Below the pieces are notes generated by a model. The model had not been told where the DNA came from and made no database searches. It saw only the letters and a program-made list of their open reading frames with translations. A stretch of DNA of 35,075 nucleotides, from NCBI GenBank assembly GCA_051530055.1, contig JBMGUZ010000024.1, positions 1-35,075 on the forward strand, given 5' to 3'. Position 1 is the stretch's first letter; every line of letters begins with the position of its first letter. The position numbers and the translations under genes are program-made. Shown here in pieces: positions 32,454-35,075 of this stretch. The DNA is from Neoechinorhynchus agilis. Lineage: Eukaryota; Animalia; Acanthocephala.

Positions 32454-33433
32454 TTCAATAAACTCTCTTTCAGTCGGATTGTCAATCAAACAATCATCAA
32501 TAGATAAATCAGAACAGGTCTTCTTCATATCGTGTGAAAGCAGATCCTTTTGTATTCTGAGGTGATAAATATACTTCGCTAAACAGGGTAACGACGTTCT
32601 CCTCAATAAAGTTCCTTCGAAACGCCACTGGACTGCTAGATGCAGCTAGCAACAAAGACATGAAAGTGCTTTTTTTAGAAACCGTGAAAAACTTTTCCCC
32701 AGACAAATTTCACCAACTGGAAGCCGAAACTTTCAAACTGTCAAAAATCCGTCACGTTAGATAATATTCTTGGTACAGTATTTGAATTTCACTCACTTAG
32801 TTGTGCTAAATGCAATAGGCCATCCATAGTTTTTCGCAGGTTAATAGCAATCCATTCTGACCTGATTCTTAATGACATCCTAAAAGTATGGCCGATGAAT
32901 CAAAAATTATCCTTTTCTAATATAATCACTGGCACCAAATTTTTTAATCTTCTGTCGCAGGATTCTATTTACTTTTTGCAAAACTGGTGCTCAATTGCTC
33001 TCCCTTTGCTTAAAGGGGATGCAATATATCGACACGGATTTTTTCGGGTTAAAAACGGTAGAAAATCTCTTAATTATTCCAATAACCTTCGTTACTTAGT
33101 ACTAACCTGTTTTTATTCCAGTTTTAGTAACTCAAGCATACCCATCCGGGCTATTTTAACCGTGGGAGTCTCAAGAATTTGGCCAAATAGCTCTTCATTT
33201 TATTCGGGAAATTCTAGAATTTTTTGCATTCCTTGCAATGTTATCTCTAGAATCTATAATATCTTATTCACGAAATCTTTCTATTACGACCATGCCACCC
33301 AAAAAACGATATTATATCCTCTGACTGGACTACCGCAGTGTTCGACGCTTTCGCCTATTTTATTTCTACTGCCTTCCAAATACCTAACACAAAATTCTTA
33401 AATTAATGCATTACTGACATGTTAACAAACAAA

Positions 33434-33512
33434 CGGATGATGAAGCCGACGAGGTTCGAAACGTCGTTAATAAATAATCATTTATCGGGTGTAGACCTAA
33501 ACAATAATTCCA
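33434..33512 (+). mobile_element. Solo PLE pseudo-LTR remnant with degenerate hammerhead
   Basis: CGGATGA-T-GAAGC(cgacga)GGTTC-GAA-ACGT-C followed by AATAAA. Confidence 0.65.
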
Positions 33513-33950
33513 TGTAACTTTTGTAATTAAAACCCACAGGATGGCTAAGATGAAACTCCTAATCAAACAATGTGTTGATTATCTGATTTTATCTTTACCT
33601 AAAATCAGCTTATCCCTAAGTCTATCCAAAACACATTTTATTTTATTGCACTTTCCAATCTTTTTTTCCTATCAATCGTGTCTCCTCTGTTCGTATACTT
33701 GGTCTTTATTTTCAGAAAAATCTGAAGTGGGGCAAGCACACATCAATATTGTTGCACAAAGAGCCCATTAAGCTCTATCTTCTTAATCGCCTCCAATTCC
33801 TTAAATTGAATTATCATACAAAGTCCTTAAGTACTTCTAAATGTCCGCCATCTTACCAACGCTCACCTACGCATATCCAACCTTCTGCAATTTTTCTTCT
33901 AAACTATTAAAAAACTTAATGTCGATAATTGAGGTACCGGGGAATGTCAT

Positions 33951-34052
33951 TGGAATTATTAATTAGGTCTACACCCGGTAAATGATTATTTATTAAGACG
34001 TTTGATGATGAACCCGACGAGGTTCGAAACGTCTTTAATAAATAATCATTTA
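33951..34052. mobile_element. Inverted pair of the same PLE pseudo-LTR (mini-palindrome) with degenerate hammerhead
   Basis: 33951-34003 is the reverse complement of 33459-33512. 34004-34052 is a forward copy (TTGATGA-T-GAACC..GGTTC-GAA-ACGT-C). Confidence 0.7.
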
Positions 34053-34444
34053 CAAAAACGAAACAACGTTCAAGCTATGTTTGGACATCAAAATTTAAAT
34101 TATCATGAACCGGACAAAAGACTCAACCTCACAAAATGTTAGAAACATACAATCATTATCGAAAGCATGGGTTTTTGTCAAGAGGTCGAAACCGCCGAAC
34201 ATAAGCCACAGTTCCCAATAACTTTTATGAAGCATTTTGACTCATTACCTTGTACCTGGACCGGTGAACTGAAAGGCTTGCGTGCAAAGGTTTGACTAGT
34301 AATAATAAAAAAGTTTAAAAGGGTAAAAATGGAATGCCATTCGCACCAACGTTCAGTCGTTTGCGGAGAGTAGCAAACAAATTTACAGTAGACGTCTTTG
34401 CCATCTATTCGGTCCATCCAATCGATGGCCACTTCATATCCCAT

Positions 34445-34620
34445 TGAAATCGAACCCGATTATCCCAAGGGACGTTTAAAAAGAAGGGGCGCAATGATTT
34501 GCCTCGAGGTGTGTATAAAATATAGTGTACCCAGTGTGACAAGGTGTGCATCGGCCAAACAATGCAGGGCACTCCGGAGTGTCCCATATTGGAGCTGACA
34601 CTTGTATCTCGGAAGTAAAC
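34445..34620 (+). pseudogene. GIY-YIG endonuclease remnant, probably PLE-derived
   Basis: A frame not listed in the ORF track reads RGVYKI*CTQCDKVCIGQT (34505-34561), with an internal stop. Confidence 0.55.
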
Positions 34621-34992
34621 ACATCCAAGGACGCACTCAATAGCATTCTGCTTCAAACCAACCTTAATGATGGTTTCCGTGGATCCAACATCCGTCGTAT
34701 CAAGGTTTGCAATGATTACTGTTCCAGCAATCAACCGAACAATGAAGTTTACCCAACTCGCTTTACGACTGCAGAAGCCTACGAGTTCGTACTTACCTCG
34801 CTAAAGTCAACCTACCTTCATAATCAGTACCGCGGTTTTCTGGAGTCACTTTCAGTACTACTTCGTGATCACAGTGGTTCGATCAACCGAAATCATATCG
34901 AAGAAGTCAATGAGATGTATTGTGATTACCTTCGGTGTGAAAAGTCCACCAGCCGCACCACTAGCCAATCCGAAGCGAAAGCCGTGGGATAA
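34546..34992 (+). other. 148-codon ORF of unknown function, overlapping the GIY-YIG remnant
   Basis: Open frame with GTG start and no recognisable motif. Confidence 0.25.
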
Positions 34993-35075
34993 AAAATTAT
35001 CAATCTACGGCGTTGTAGCAATATGTGCCTAAATGCTATTGCTTTCCATATGCATAAAAATCCTGCTCGGGGTCA

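Larger units (their letters stand above)
31813..32508 (-). mobile_element. Head-to-head inverted PLE 3' end (pseudo-LTR palindrome) with 37-bp tail and 14-bp TSD
   Basis: 326-bp arms 31850-32175 and 32183-32508 with 2 mismatches and a 7-nt loop. Each arm encodes a GIY-YIG C-terminus (TRIMYKAQDPVELSIAEALII..LINQKDEL*), then a hammerhead and AATAAA. ATAAATCAGAACAG occurs at 31799-31812 and 32504-32517. Confidence 0.88.
31240..33900 (+). pseudogene. Heavily decayed APE-type LINE (clade uncertain), interrupted by PLE insertions
   Basis: APE motifs FTIVNLYIRP..IVGDFN (31240-31509). RT motif GLPQCSTLSPILF (~33330), LSLSKT (~33620), ILPTLTYAYP (~33855). Confidence 0.6.

Overview
AT-rich eukaryotic genomic DNA, almost entirely nested and decayed retroelements, with one probable host gene at the left end (FHA-domain, Ki-67-like protein; - strand, about 436-2970, probably spliced). 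Elements seen: an RTE LINE in two pieces; three long, divergent CRE-clade elements (RT plus restriction-like endonuclease) and CRE 3' fragments; a 14-copy array of a 123-bp unit; two Ty3/Gypsy elements; several Penelope-like elements (PLEs) with minimal hammerhead ribozyme motifs; an R2-superfamily element between two halves of a degenerate 28S rRNA fragment at the R2 target site; and a decayed APE-type LINE. Most interesting: (1) a 408-bp non-coding insertion combining a tRNA-like Pol III head, a hammerhead core and PLE-style asymmetric ends; (2) a Gypsy element whose PBS is complementary to its own LTR (Tf1-like self-priming); (3) the R2-type element in an orphan 28S fragment; (4) a 659-bp near-perfect PLE palindrome with a hammerhead on each strand. 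All alignments and folds were done by eye, no database was searched, and element boundaries are approximate unless TSDs or LTRs define them.
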